Shown here: piece after piece, positions 14,030-27,744 of the stretch
Layout of the letters: the number at the start of each line of letters is the position of its first letter
How positions within the stretch are numbered: position 1 is the stretch's first letter
From: Gnetum montanum
Taxonomy: Eukaryota > Plantae > Gnetophyta
Assembly (NCBI GenBank): GCA_015680685.1
Contig: MNCI01000405.1
Coordinates: 131,955 to 195,954, forward strand
Length of the DNA: 64,000 bases
Direction: 5' to 3'
Translations under genes and position numbers: made by a program
The notes under the pieces: model-generated
What the model was told of the DNA's origin: nothing
What the model saw: the letters and a program-made list of their open reading frames with translations, nothing else
The model's database searches: none

Positions 14030-15600
14030 ATGGAATGAACATCCTACACAAAGCCACCAATGTTCAATGGATTTGATTTTGCCTATTAAAAGGAAAGGAT
14101 GCAAGGCTTCCTTGATTTAATGAAGTTTGAGGTATCAAAGTCAATCCTTGAAAGCTACACACCTCCTACCAAAAGTGCAATAAAGGCCATCAAGCCAAGG
14201 AGCCAATGGACATCAGAAGAAAAAGATAAGTTTACATATAATTTCAAAGAATTTTTTTTTATATTGTGCATTAAATAAGTTTGAATTTAATAGAATAGTT
14301 GGATGTACAACCCCTAAGAAAATTTGAGAAACCTTAGAAGCTATGTATGAGGGTACATCCATAGTTAAAGAATATAAACTTTTGGTTTTGTAAAGTGAGT
14401 GCAAGAAACTCAAAATGAAAGAAGGTAAAAAGATAAAAGATTATTTTTCTAGGGCAACTGATCTAGTTGTTGCCATTAGGAGTATAGCAAGGAATTACCT
14501 AAAAGTGATGTAATCATAAAAATGATTAGAATAGTCCAACTAGAATTTAGACCTAAGGTTACAGTTATGGAAGAGAGTAGATATTTTTTTGGTTCTAAAA
14601 TTTGAAGAGCTCCATAGTGCTCTTATTGATTTTGAAATGAATCTCATAAGGTAAGAAAAAGAAAATCTCCTTACCTTAAAATTAACATCTAAGGAAAAGA
14701 AACCTACTGAGAAAGATGTAAGCAAGAAAGAGGAAATAACTCTTCTTTTAAGAAGAGTTCAACAACTTCTTGTAAGAAAGGAAAAGAGTCTTAATCAATC
14801 GAGCCTTAATCAATCCAAATCTAAAGGTAAAAACTGTTCAAATTCTAATTTTGATGCTTTCTCAATAGTATGTTTGATATATGAAGGAAGAGGCCATGTG
14901 GCCTCCAAATGTGCTATCAATGAAAAGTTTCAATGAAAAGACAGGTATAATGTGGATATGAAAAAGTCCAATTTCTACACCAGCTGGAATGATGGTGAGA
15001 AAACTAAAGAAGAGGTGGATAACTCCAAAAACGATTCTCAACTTATTTGCATGGCCATTACAAATGAGAATTCATTACAAAATTTTAAATGAAGAAATTC
15101 TTAGCTTACATTATCTACCTAAGAAGGTAAATAAAAATATGAATAGAAAATTTTATAAAATTCATATCTTATCTTCCAAATTAAAAGGAAAAATCTTAGA
15201 CATAATGAATGAGATTCAATTGCTAACCCCATTAGCTAAAAAGAAATGTAGTGCTTCTCAAGAAGGAGGGATCCATAAAAATTAGCCTAGAAGTGAAGAT
15301 TTGGAAGAAATCCCATAAAAGGATACGAGCTCCATCTCAAGTATAATCAAGGTTGATAACCCTATTCTTGAAAAGAATACTTTGTATTTTTGTAAAAATT
15401 GTGGAATTAAACAAGATTTTGGTTATCCTCATGTTGGAAAAAATAGCATTGATGCTTGGTCTTGTCAAAAGGAACCTCATAAGTGTGTCTTGTAGGGTGC
15501 AATAAATTGGAATAAGAATGAGCTAAAAGTTGGAAAAATCTCGAGAAAAATGGATGACCATAGGTTTTGCTATCCCAAAGAACATGAAAAAGAAAGACTG
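14030..15600 (+). pseudogene. gag: Copia (SIRE-like) gag remnant
   Basis: KPPMFNGFDFAY*KERM; CALNKFEFNRIVGCTTPKKI*ETLEAMYEGTSIVK; KMKEGKKIKDYFSR (UBN2-like); degenerate knuckle CLIYEGRGHVASKC. Confidence 0.85.
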
Positions 15601-17728
15601 CCATATACTAGTGACAAAATAAATGAAAGAAAATTAAAAGGTAAGGAGATCCCATCTCAAAGTTCTTTAACTTTCTCTCACCTTAATAAGCAAGTAAGGT
15701 AAGTCATGGAAAGTTTTTATTTCCTTGCTTACTAGTTAAAATGTGTGTCAGTTTTTGAATGTTTTTTTTAAGTGAAAATTATCTCTTTAATTCGTAGAAA
15801 AAGTAAACAAACTAGTATGATTATCTCTTGTGCTTTCTTTTGAACTATTCAGTTTCTTGCATATCCTTAAAACATTTAGTTTTAAAAGTAGATCAAAATT
15901 TGAGAATCTAGAATGAATTTGCATCCTTGTTTATCATAAAATGTCATCAATTTGGACCACATTCTATAGGAAATTGATAAGGAAAGGATAGTTGAATGAT
16001 CAAGAAATACAAATTTGTTATGATATGTGCTTACTAATATTTTTTATCTAATATATTTATAAGTCTTGATGAATTACATAATTTTTTAATAAGCAAGATA
16101 ATAAAGAAATTAGCTTCAAGTCAAAAATTAAAAAAAAAAAGGAATTCCTTGTTAACTATCTAGGAAGATATTGACTACAACAAGCATTAAAAATATTTGC
16201 ATCTTCTTCTTTGAAGGATATTACTAGTGGGAGACCTTAGTCTTCACACTTAATCCTAGAATTTCTATGTAGCATGAAGATCCTAAAAGGCTCAAGGGGA
16301 GAATACCAATCTCTCTACATCAGATGCATTATGACAAAAGAGACTAGAAAGAAATACAAGAATGCATGTATGGGGAGTTCTGCCTCTTATAGGCCACTAA
16401 TGTAGGGGAAGTTTTTTGAGACTTTTACTAATAGACACTCAATTAGCAAGACCTCCCACTACAACACCCACATCTAAAAATGACCAAGAAGAGGACTATT
16501 TATTTTAGATTATGAAACAATATCCAATGTAAAAGTATGAGTTAGTTTTGATTAAGATATCTTTTGGATATTTTTCCTTATGATATATTTCTTGGTGCTA
16601 GTATTTAAACTTGATATGGCTATATATAAATTACTTAATGGACATCGTGTTAAGGATATGTTTAGTTGCTAATGAGATATTTTGCATGATAATTTGTGTT
16701 TTTTTGACCCTTCTTGTTAACATTAATCTATTCCTTGAATGTTGGATATATATGTATTTACTGTCTTGGCATGAAATTATGAAGCCTTTGTTGATGCCTT
16801 AAAAGGAGTAGAATATTAGGTGAATTATTGAATCATATCACATTGATTTATTTGTTACTAATGACATATTTAGACAAGTTACATATGTCTCAAAACCAAA
16901 ACTTTATACTTTAGCCTCTGGTTTTAAATTCTCTTGGACATTAATTAAAAGGCATGGCTTAGTTATGTTTGAAATAGTTGTGGGCCATTAATTTTAACTT
17001 TGTGAATAGATAAGGAAAAAATCTTAAATGGAATTTGGTTTTTCATCCCTATGAAACAATGTTACGAAATATTCTCTACTTAATTGATTTTACAAATGTT
17101 TGTATCTTTATGATAGTACTGCACACGATCAATATATCTTCTTAGAGTACTTATGCCCTCTATTGCTAATATGAACTAAAGCAAGAAGTACTCACACTTT
17201 CATTATGAAATCTTCTTATGAAGTTTGTAAATGAAGGGATAATATACCTTAAACTTCCTCAGGATACATGTGATCCATATGGACATCTTAGAAATTGCTT
17301 TATCTCTTAACCTAGAGATTGATCTAAAAATTCCTTATGAGCTAAGTATGTATGTACTTGTTCGTATGAAAATTTGTGTTCATGGAACTATATTTACAAA
17401 CTCATATAAGGTCCTACTTGGATGAATATTGTGCATTCTTTTGATCTATCTTCTTTCTAGACTCCACTCCTTTTTTGATGATGTTCAAAAAGGAGGAGAA
17501 TTTAAAATTTTATATCATTTATGATTGTGATGTGGTCATAATGTGAATTAGATATATAGATCAAATTGATTGTGCTATTATGGATATTATTTGTGATTGT
17601 GATGTGATGATATGAAATGAATTATGATTTAAGTACGATAGTAAGGATGTATCATCATTAACTCAACTGATTTCTGGACATACTAACCCATTTTCTTAAG
17701 TTTTGGGCATCACCAAAAAGTAGGAGAT

Positions 17729-18872
17729 TGTTGCCCTTGTGGTATGTCAAAAGCTTGATGAAAATGGAGAAAAAAATGTTTTTTGTGGATGATGTATTTA
17801 CAAGACATGAACAAGAACTCCACATAAGGACTAAGGACTCAAGGAAAATGAGATCTACAATGAGTTAACAATATGAAGATCTTATGAGCTAACATGAGAA
17901 CATGAACAATCATGGACTAAAACCAAAGACTACAAGCCAAATGAAGATTCTCCGAGGATTGGGAACAAGACAAATTAATGAGAGAAAGCCTCAAGAACCA
18001 TAGTTCAAATAGTTAAGGAGATGTCTCCAAGAAATAGTAGATGTCTCGATTGAAAAGAAAGAAATCACAGGTAGACATCTCTTAGAAAACAATAAACTTT
18101 ATCTAAAATTATATGTCTCCCTAGAGACATCCCACTTTAGAATGATGTCTCTCCAAAATTGAGGTAGATCTTAAATAGACATCCAAACTTTGAAGGAGAT
18201 ATCTACACTGTTGTGTAGCTATTACATGAATTTCAAGGTATTTTCAAAAATTTTGAAGCTGTAAGAAGACATCAAATTCTTGGAAATTAAGCAAGTATTA
18301 TTCACATCAAAGCAATCATTGTCATATCTATGATATTATACTCTTATCCTTCCTTGTCACATCATTTTCCTAGTTGTATGTTAATTGTATATTGAATTAA
18401 GCTTCAACAACAAGGACTTGTAATTACAAATAGATTCTTTCCTTGTATCTTTTCTTTTTCTTGTTACCTTGCAAGGTTGATGTGCTTCTCGTGAGAAGGC
18501 ATCTATATTGAGCTTGTCAGGATCTTGCAAGATTAAGTGCTTTTACAACACCAAAATAATCCAGAGTAAAGCTCAATTTTGTAAAGGTTGTGGGATTCTT
18601 GAAACCACATTCTAAGCTTGTTGGGTCCTTGTGGGGTTGAGTGGTTTCATAGCAATGAAACACTCCAAGGAGGAGCTTAGTGCTTGTACAGGATGTGGTG
18701 TCATTCAAATCACATTTGATAGAGAAACAAAGTCGAAAGGTATGCACAAATTCTACTCTTCAAGTGTGGAAGTGCCCAACTTGGGGAACCATGTAAATTT
18801 TGTATGTTGTGTGATAGTTATGATTTTAATTGGGAACTTATTCATCCCTACTTTCTAGGTTCTTAATGCTTA
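17729..18872 (+). repeat. 3' LTR of Copia element
   Basis: TGTTG after the PPT at 17715-17727; terminal CA decayed to TA. Confidence 0.88.
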
Positions 18873-20649
18873 GAGTATACTAACATTAGTCTAAAGCTAG
18901 TTGACTAATCTTATATATACCCCATGGGATGGGTCTGTAATATCACTACCTTTGTTACAAGTTTGTTGTATCCCATTGATTTCTTAGTGTCTAGATTAGA
19001 AGATAAGAACTGCTAATTATAGGTTAATTTTCTAAGATCTTTATCTTGAGATTCAAAAAAGGAATGAGACTAGAAGGTTGCATTAAAAAAGAATACCTTA
19101 TGATCCTTCCTAGTCTTACTATGCCAAAATCATATGCCATTCAAATCTGTCATATAGAGGATTTTTGGATTAACACATAGTGCATCCTAATGAACATATT
19201 TCATCTTTGAGTGAGTTTAATGCTTATGAAAGAGTGAGAGGCTTTCTAGCTGATAGACATGGATTAGTCTTGGGGGATAAATCCTTTACATCATGTTAAA
19301 TTTTTCTTTTCTTGCTATTTTTTATGATTAATAATGATTAGAAGACTTATATATGGTTTTAAATCTTTTTTAGCCTAATGCATAATAAATTACAAAATTT
19401 TCCTTTCTTTTGGAGTGTTTTTATTTGTGTATATGGGAAAACAAGTTAGAAGCTTCATGAATGCTCATCTAGTAAGGTTGGAAATCTTGAAAGAGTTCTT
19501 AGTTACTGGCATAAAAAGGGTATATCATCAAAGGTCCTTATGATTACTAAATGGGTCTAATAGATGTAATTAGACTAAGGTCTAGGTGGTGCCTTACCTA
19601 GCCATCCTAGTCAAAAGAGGTTTGTGATTTCATAAACCATTGATACCATGCAGTGGATGATGAATTCTCTTATTCATGTAAGTCAAATAATCTAGGTGGT
19701 GATCTTGCACTCTAATTATTTCATAATTCTCATGCTCCATTAGAAAATTTCTTTCAAAAAATAGAAAAATAAATGAAATAAAAAATGAATGAAAAAAAAT
19801 ATGATGATAAAAAGAAAAGAAAATTTAAAAAAAAAGTGAAGAGGTAATCGGAAGAGTAATGTACTTTCAAGCTTATTAGTTGTAAAAATTGGTATGCTTA
19901 CCATCCAAATCAATCTCATACTTAATCATATCAAAGTGCTTGAACCTACATAAACCTTTTTCATGTTTAATTCATTTCCTATATCACTTGAATTTTCATA
20001 GTGTTACAGTCTACGACAATCTATTTCTCATTTCTACATATAGCAATGAAGGCCCAAAATTCTCTTTCTTTCTTAACCTTGGTGAAGTCAATTATTTCTT
20101 TCACCCAAGTTCCTAATAATTTGTTCCAAGGGTCAACTATCTTCATTCTTAATCCATTCCTTGACCATATTCAAACCTAGAAAATTTTATGATGGTTGGA
20201 AACTTATGCTCCTTATTGGAATGTGGGAGTGTTAGTGTGGCCAAGGAGATCGATGGAAGGATTCTAGTAAGCCAAATTCAGGGAGCTTGTTGTGCATAAG
20301 TGCATGGCTGGAGGAAAAAAATTAGAATCTTGACTTCTAGATGTTTGGTGGTATACTAACTTGGTTTGGTTTACACCAATGTTTAGACCATAGAACACAT
20401 AAGGCTATATGACACTAGATTAGGTATGTGTGATTTCATTCTTGAAAGAAGAACTTGAAGGTTGATTCCTATTATATGAATGTATTGTGATAAAAGGATG
20501 TGATATCAGATCTCTCATAGGATTTAGAACATGATCACATGATTTATGAGTTGATTGCATTGTTAGCTAAGGATCGAGTGATGTTGCAATATCTTTCCTT
20601 CTCTTTCATCCATTTTTGATCCTCCATCTCTTCTATCCATCCTTTCCAT

Positions 20650-22200
20650 GATTCTATGTGGTATAACAATGATAAGGAAATATGTATGATAAAATATAGC
20701 CATCCAAGGGGATAAATTTACTTTAAATGGTAATGTCTTACTAGTTGTTGAGAATCCATAGGTGTCTCATCAATAGGTTTCATACGGGCAATGAAGGTGA
20801 GTTCCTGCTCTAAGGAGAAATCAACTGTAAATCATAGATGGGTAAGCATCATATGCAACTTGAAAAAAGCTAATTTATTGGTGATAGTAAGGGTTACATT
20901 GCATACAATACTCAATTGATCTAGCACTTGTGTAAGAATTGGCTCTTGATGCTTTAAGGTTTAACCATGATAAACTCAATTCACCCTCATTGATAGAGTT
21001 CTTATGTCTATTTCTACCTGGGTAATCTCACAAGCCATGGGATTCTTCAATGAACCAATGAATAACTAGTTGCCATAGATCTAGAAGATTGATCCTAAGC
21101 TACGGTTGAGGATTATGCTAAGGATCTTTAAAATTTATAAGACTAAGATGAAGATTTCTAAACTTTCCCTGGTTCAAAATGCTATGTGCAAAATTATCAC
21201 ACATAAATTTGTGCCCATAAAACATCCATCAGGTATGTCCATTTAGGGGGCTAAGTTGTGACAATGATGAGAGGAAACTACATCATCAACATACCATATA
21301 TTTTCTACAAGGGTTTGATCCAAAAGATTGATGATATGGCTAGAGATAAGAGGGAGGTCTATGCCTTTCTAGGAATTATCAAAAAAATTTGCAAACTAGT
21401 AAACATAATAAATCATATGGGAAGGCATTCCACTACAACATGTATGATGAACTAGAAGAAGGTATTGATGGTTTCTCCATGATGATATTTTGAGCTTGTT
21501 GGGGATGTACTCGATTCATAGAATAATATGTCTTTTATGAAGGTATCTCATATCTAACCCTAAGACCAACTTTGTCAACACCAATCCATAGAACCAACCA
21601 CACCTCAAGTGTCTTAAAAAACATAGGTGTAATAGCCTAGTAGATCTATTTCCTAATATCCTCACTTTAGTGGTACAACAAGATAGGAAATTTTTCCTAG
21701 TGATGGTTCTTGGATAGTCATGAACATCAATGATTATGGATAAGCTTTCATAATCCACATTGAAGGGTCGCAAGACCTTGCTAGTAATTTTCTATAGATG
21801 ATAGAAGCCATTGTGGATGGTGAGATAATAAGCAAGGATTTCCTTTAGTTTTCTTTCCTATTATTAAATGATCCACTTATGGCTCATTTTCATGCTTCTA
21901 TTTAGTCTTACACTCATGTGTCTTCAAGTTGTCTTTTCTCTTCACACTGATGATAGTGTATCATGCATAATGTCTAGCATGTGGTTGAAGTTATTCAAGT
22001 ATACACTAATCAAGCTAGGACTAGTCTTTGCATGGAGGAGGAGCAAAGAGTTAATCATGACATCAAATTACTATTGATGAATAGTAACAATATGGTTGAT
22101 ATTGAACTTATCAAGGTATGGGCTAAGTTAGAAACTACTAATGCTAATCATACATTTTATCTATAGGAGTTATGAAGAAGCTAGGCTAAGGTACGATAGT
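20650..22200 (+). mobile_element. Decayed chromovirus (Tekay-like) pol relic
   Basis: Fragmentary INT-like traces and a chromodomain-like tail DIELIKVWAKLETT; very degenerate. Confidence 0.45.
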
Positions 22201-24699
22201 TACATGAATAATTGAAGCATCTTACATTGTTGATACCAGTATCTTCCATAATCACTTCAAAGATGCAAGTCAAAAACTTGAAGTTTAAACTTTTTAAGGT
22301 GTATCAAGTTTGTGGGGAAGTGGTATTCATGAAAGATGACTTGAAGTGCCTAATAAGAATGTTGAAGCATTAGTCCTAAGAATGGCAAAGGATGAGCTAG
22401 AAAATTAAAAAGCATGTGCCATCAAATTGTGCAAGAAAATCTTCATATGTTGCTGGTTCATATGTTGTAGTTTTTGGATGGTAAAAGTGTCAAATATGTT
22501 GGTATTCATGTCCAAAATGTCAAAAATGTTGGGATACCATAAGTTTCAGATTTTGGCAACTAAAAGCTTTTTAAAAGTTGTAAAATTTTCTTAGAAATTA
22601 GCTAGAATAAAGTTAGCAAAGAATCAACACATGCATAGCCTATTTAAGTCAAATTTTGAACTATTCCCAGGGCTTTTGGATTTTGGACACTTTTTAAAAA
22701 TTAACACTTTTGAGAAAGAGGGAGATTTGAGAGTCCAAAGCCATCTTCAAGAGTAGATTGTTGGAGCATCAAGATTCTTTTATAGCACAATGAACCAAGC
22801 ACATTTGGGTGGATTGTAGGATAGAGATTGTCCATCCATAAGCTAGATTTTCATCACCATTTTCAAGGAGATGTGAAACAATTGTAGTTCCAAATTTTGT
22901 ACTCTCTAAATCGTATATTTTTATAGCATTAATAAAAATCATTTCTAGTGTTTGGTTTATTTGCTCATTATTTTTTGCAACTCTATTGCAGTCTAGGCTC
23001 TATTGTTTATGCATTTTCTCACCTATTTTCATCATAATTTCTTTCTAGTAATAGACCTTCAAGTTCTCAAGCAATAAATAAGATTATTTGAGGACCTTTA
23101 GATACTTTTATGAGGCTTGTGGATCTAGGGTTACACTATTACATGTTGGTTTTTTTGGATTCTTTAGTACAAAAATACAATGAAGGAGGGGAGTCCAATG
23201 TACATTTGGTCATCTTCTAGTCTAAGTGCAACTTTTTGCAAGCATGCCCTCATATGATACTATGAATGTTTCCTATGTCCCTCAAAGGAAAGGCTTTGGA
23301 TTTGTACCAAACCTTACCTAGAGATTCAATATCCTCTCTCAAATACTTAATAAACCAATTTGTCAACTACTTTAGATACAACTTGAAGCTAGATACCACA
23401 TTGGACCAACTTATAAAGGTAACGTAAGGGTCACTTGAATTATTCCAAAGGTTTATTTAGAGATGGAATTCAGTACTCAATGAGATTCCATTACTAATAT
23501 CTAAAACTCACCTTTTGGGTATCTTCAAAAAAGTGGTAAATGACTTCATCAACTCAAAGCTCTACTAAAACACCAACAAGAAAACTCATGTTGTAAGCCT
23601 TTGGCATTGTAACATTAACCATCAAACCCAAGGATGGAATTTTATTGTAAAAATATGAGGTTTATAATACATGAGGTGCAGTCTCACATAATTGAACTTT
23701 TGTGGCTGAAAAATGCCTCATAAGTTGTAGCCCTACTTCCCTAGTTAAAAATACCTTTTGGACTACCAAATTTGGCATTTTTATGGGTTTTACATGGGGC
23801 ATAACCTCAACTACACAAAAACCACCTACACCTAGCTTATATGGGGCTTCCTAACTAGTCAACTTAGCTCCACAAGGCTAGCATAGTTACTAATTATTCT
23901 AGCATGGATGCCACAAAGCCTGTGTTAGAGTTGTGGGTTTCTACCTTTTTACAAAGGACAATGTTAGGGAGTTTGGGTTTTTATTTTCATAGTATTGTTT
24001 AACATAGCTTCCATAACCTTCAAAATTTCTCCATAAATATAGCATTGGAGTGATGGGGGTTTGTTTTTCTCAACAATTTTACCATTAATCCAACAATTCC
24101 ATTGTGAATGTTGCAAGACCAACGTTGGTGGGTGAAGCTAGCATAGTTGGAAATGTCTGTTTACTATTTATGATATCTAGCATGGTTTTGGTGTCTTGGG
24201 GGTATTAAAACCTACCATAAATGAAAAACACATTAGAATTAAGGCCTATCACATTTGAAAATTACCTGAATTTATCAACAATCATGGCAGAAATTTGCAG
24301 CTAAAAAACCAGCAACCTTATAACCTATAAATAATGATTTTGAATAAATTGAATAGGTTTTGGAGGGGATTGGAAAACCTTTTGCAACCTTGAGCACTTG
24401 TAACCATTGCAATTTTCAAGATTTTTTGAAAAATTGATAATTGGTTAAGCATTAGAGACTCTTTGTGCATGGTTGAACATCAAAAATTCAAACACATACC
24501 TTACCCCCTTATCCCCTTTGCAGCCAACATTACACAAACCTTACCTCCTTTGCAACCAACATTGCATGAACCTTAGCTCCTCTCATACCAACATTGCAAA
24601 AACCTTACCTCTTGTTCATTAATTCAACTAATCCAAATCTAGGAACTAATAAGGAGTTTCGAAAGTTGGAGCTTGGAAGGACCTAGATCATGTAACCAA

Positions 24700-25089
24700 C
24701 TACAAAATACAAATTGCCAATTTTGCCAGACTTTCGGCACCATTCAAGAAACTGCTTGTACATCTAGACACATACTTGTACATGTTGACGCTTTATTTTG
24801 TAATATTTTTATTATTTTAAAAAAATCAACAACTCATTCATCTGTACAAGTTCATTCTAAGTTTAAATTTTGTGTTTTTCCTTAGATTATCTCTACATTC
24901 TTTGTTAAAATATATTGCATTGTTAACACTTCCTAAGTCCCTAGGTGATCAACAAGACTATCTAGGATACCTTGGATCCCCTTTCTTAGAGGCCCTTGGG
25001 ATGTAAAGTTAGGCTGTTTCACCTAGAATTTTCAATTTTTTAGCAATCAAAATTTTTAGGTGTTACAGTTTCTCGTGTTAGAAGGTGGG
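24700..25089 (+). repeat. 3' end of an older LTR plus Asn-type PBS; dispersed family with related pieces at ~4290-4380 and ~23060-23150
   Basis: GGTGTTACA end at 25067 then TCGTGTTAGAAGGTGGG (25073-25089); shared GGTGATCAACAAGA..GATACCTT block with 4298-4330. Confidence 0.6.
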
Positions 25090-25526
25090 CTGTTGTCCAA
25101 GCTCTTCACAAAAATTTTATTTTCCTTTTAAAACAAATTTTTTGCAATTTCTAATACTTAAAACCATTTTAAAAATTTTATCCAGGGAAAATCCAACACT
25201 GCTATCCATTTTCTTACAACTAAATCCTAGCCTAGTAGTTGTAGGTGATTTGGGTGTTCACAAGATTTTCATAGCAATTGCTAGACCTTTCAAAGATAGC
25301 ATGGATGATAACAAAACCTACCATTCTTCCTAGCTCAAACTTGGCATTTTGTGTTCCAAAGGCCAGCATAGCTTAACTTCAACTACCTAAATCCCGTGCT
25401 ATAAAATTTTATGGTTAAAGTTAGTGTGGCTCTCTCCAAAATCTTAGTGTGGTGTTGGAAAAATAAAATATTTTTATATACCTTTGTTAAAAATTAGTGC
25501 ACCTTTTTTATTATAGGGGGTATCAT

Positions 25527-27109
25527 TGAAACACCCCAAAAAATTTGAAGTCATTCTCGCTTCACCAGGCCTTGCAATTCGCGCAGCACCACGATAGTTC
25601 TTTAGGAGGAGAATGTTCTGAATTCAAGCTAGCTAGTTCAGCAAATTTTCTACTTTAGGTGTAAACAGACTCTACAGATCATCCTGTCTGTTCACCTAAG
25701 TAGTGTGACGAGCCAAAAACCTACTCAAAAACAATACGCAGAATTGACAGCAATGCTCAGGATGCACGAAACAGTTCAGCAAGTTTTCTAAGTCATGAAG
25801 TCTACTACACTACGCCACGCCCCGCTATGTAGCATAGCAAGCTTCAAAAAATAATTGCAGAATGAAGTCCCATGCTACGCTATGTAGCATAGCATAGCAT
25901 GGCAATAGCTATACAACCAGTTCCCTCACTCAACTTCAAGTTCTTCAACAATGTCTCTTTCCATCAGGAAGTGGCGGACCATGTTTGTTGCTATGCTACG
26001 TTGAACTACATGGCGTAGCGAGGCGTAGCAATCCTGCAGAAGAGATAGAAGGTAGCTCAAAGGGCAGAATGAGAAAGTTTTCAATTCTCCTGACATAGGA
26101 AGTAAAGTTTGCAAACTGGCAAAGTTTTTGTGACTAAGGCTAGTTGCTACGCTACGTAGCATAGCATAGTGTAGCAAGCATGCAACACACATGTAGCGAA
26201 ATGCATGACAAGGTGTTACACTATGCCAAGCATGCTATGCTACAAAGCATAGCAAGACATGTGGGTGGTTGTGTGACATCAATGCACTTCACCTAATTAG
26301 ACCATTGGCACACATCTCTAGACGCTGATGGCGTAATTACGGCATGGCAGGCTCTCATTACAACAGTAATGTAAGTCCAATGGTCATGCATGGCATGTGC
26401 AGCACAAGAAAATCAACATGGGCCAAAGGCATGTGGTGTCCAAACCATCCCTTTCGCATGCCCTTGGTCCTATAAATACCCCAATGAGCAGCATTCAAAG
26501 GGTTCGAACTTCTCCCGATTCTTCGACTTTCCCTCTCTCTGGCACTCAAGTTCTTCCCTTAGTACATTATAACATCAAGCATTGTAAGCTTTCTGTTTGA
26601 CACTGCAAATAGTTAGCATTTTTAGCTGGCATTTTGTTCCATCCCTCTTCTAACACCTTGGTAGAATCCTTGCATTGTTAGCACCTAAGTCCACGTCCAA
26701 GCGCACAACCTATTTTGCTCTACACATCCTGGTTACTCTCGGGATCTCCACACTCTGCCATGCTGTGCAACCGATTGTATCCACCTTGACAGAGCAAACT
26801 TGTGGCTTCAGAGCGGTGCATTTTTCTAACTGCATTTTACTTTGTTTCCTGCTTATTGTTGTGTTTGGCACTATTTTCTGCTTTATTTACTTTCAAGCAT
26901 TACTTCGTATTTTCATTCTTATTTTCAAAACTATATGTTGCAAAAGGCTATATAGACGCCAATTAAGTCCCTGTCTGATCGACCAGACCATTCAGGGCAC
27001 CCAGTATCTTCTCACAACTAGCACAACCCTCCCATAGATATAGGGTCGAAACTGTCACGCTCGCCGACCCCTTGGTGTTTTCCAGCCGTTGATGTTTTTT
27101 GTCGCTACA
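25527..27109 (+). repeat. 5' LTR of Tat element (1,583 bp)
   Basis: Starts TGAAACA, ends GCTACA; colinear with 42010-43614 (about 44 mismatches counted by eye in the first ~300 bp, mostly transitions). Confidence 0.95.
26471..26478 (+). promoter_or_regulatory. LTR TATA box (copy at 42976-42983)
   Basis: CCTATAAATACCCC conserved in both LTRs and followed by a pyrimidine-rich R-like region. Confidence 0.75.
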
Positions 27110-27115
27110 GTTTTT

Positions 27116-27131
27116 TGGTGTTAGAAGAAGG
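27116..27131 (+). other. Primer binding site, tRNA-Asn(GUU) type, decayed
   Basis: TGGTGTTAGAAGAAGG, 6 nt after the LTR end; three transitions from TGGCGCTAGAAGGAGG, the complement of the plant tRNA-Asn 3' end. Confidence 0.8.
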
Positions 27132-27235
27132 ACCTTTTGGTGCCTTTTCCACATGTCATGGTAGCTTTTTGAGCCTTCTACACCCTGATATGCATTAGTG
27201 TAAACGTGACACCCTTTTGCAATTGTTTGCACTTT

Positions 27236-27660
27236 GTGCGGTGTAGATCGATCGCCTCAACGGTTCCTCGAGAGCCCTACAAAACACAAGGCCTCCAGTC
27301 ACCTGTTAACTAGCTTGTCTTACGGTAGTCTTGCATGCATTTTGTATCCCATCACACATGGTATAGATCAGTCACTTCGACGGTCCCTCGGGGACCCTAC
27401 GAGATGCAAAGCCTTCGATCGCCATTTAACTTGCCCGTCTTACGGTAGTCTTGCATGCGTTCTGTACCCCATCCCATGTGGTACATATCAATCACTTCGA
27501 TGGTCCCTTGGGGACCCTGCAAGATGCAAAGCCTTCTTGATAGCTAGTTAGCTTGCCCATCTTATGGTAGTCTTGCATGCGTTTTGTACCCCCATCTCGT
27601 GTGGTACAAACTGGTCTCTTTGACGGTTCCTCGGGAATCTGGCAAGACGTAAAGCCTTCT
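27236..27660 (+). repeat. ~120-bp tandem repeat, ~3.5 copies, in the Tat 5' UTR
   Basis: TAYGGTAGTCTTGCATGC recurs at 27321, 27441 and 27563; each unit has a GGTYCC-TYG-RGRRYC hairpin. Confidence 0.9.
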
Positions 27661-27744
27661 TTTTGCTATTTTCCAATTTCCTTGTTCTTTATCATTCTTT
27701 TGCATAACTTTTTGTGCTTTTTTTGCATAACTACTTGCTTAACA

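Larger units (their letters stand above)
12816..18872 (+). mobile_element. Ty1/Copia SIRE-like non-autonomous element (gag only), 6,057 bp
   Basis: LTR pair 12816-13974 / 17729-18872; flanks TAGTA / GAGTA (4 of 5); PBS TGGTATTAGAGC; PPT AAAAAGTAGGAGA; no INT/RT/RH motifs seen inside. Confidence 0.88.
10850..19050 (+). mobile_element. Athila-like Gypsy gag-protease relic, interrupted by the Copia element
   Basis: gag DDP*LHVKAF..LWLFPCTF..YKYLPPRSIQKWEDMIKVF at ~10900-11090; protease ALYDSSLGVNLMS at ~12735-12775 resumes as TNISLKLVD*SYIYPMG after 18873; outer boundaries not resolved. Confidence 0.75.

Noticed and set aside
26675-27037. Hydrophobic 120-aa ORF (copy at 43102) as an env or membrane protein
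   Set aside because: Lies in the T-rich U5 part of the LTR, has a non-ATG start, and hydrophobicity follows from base composition.
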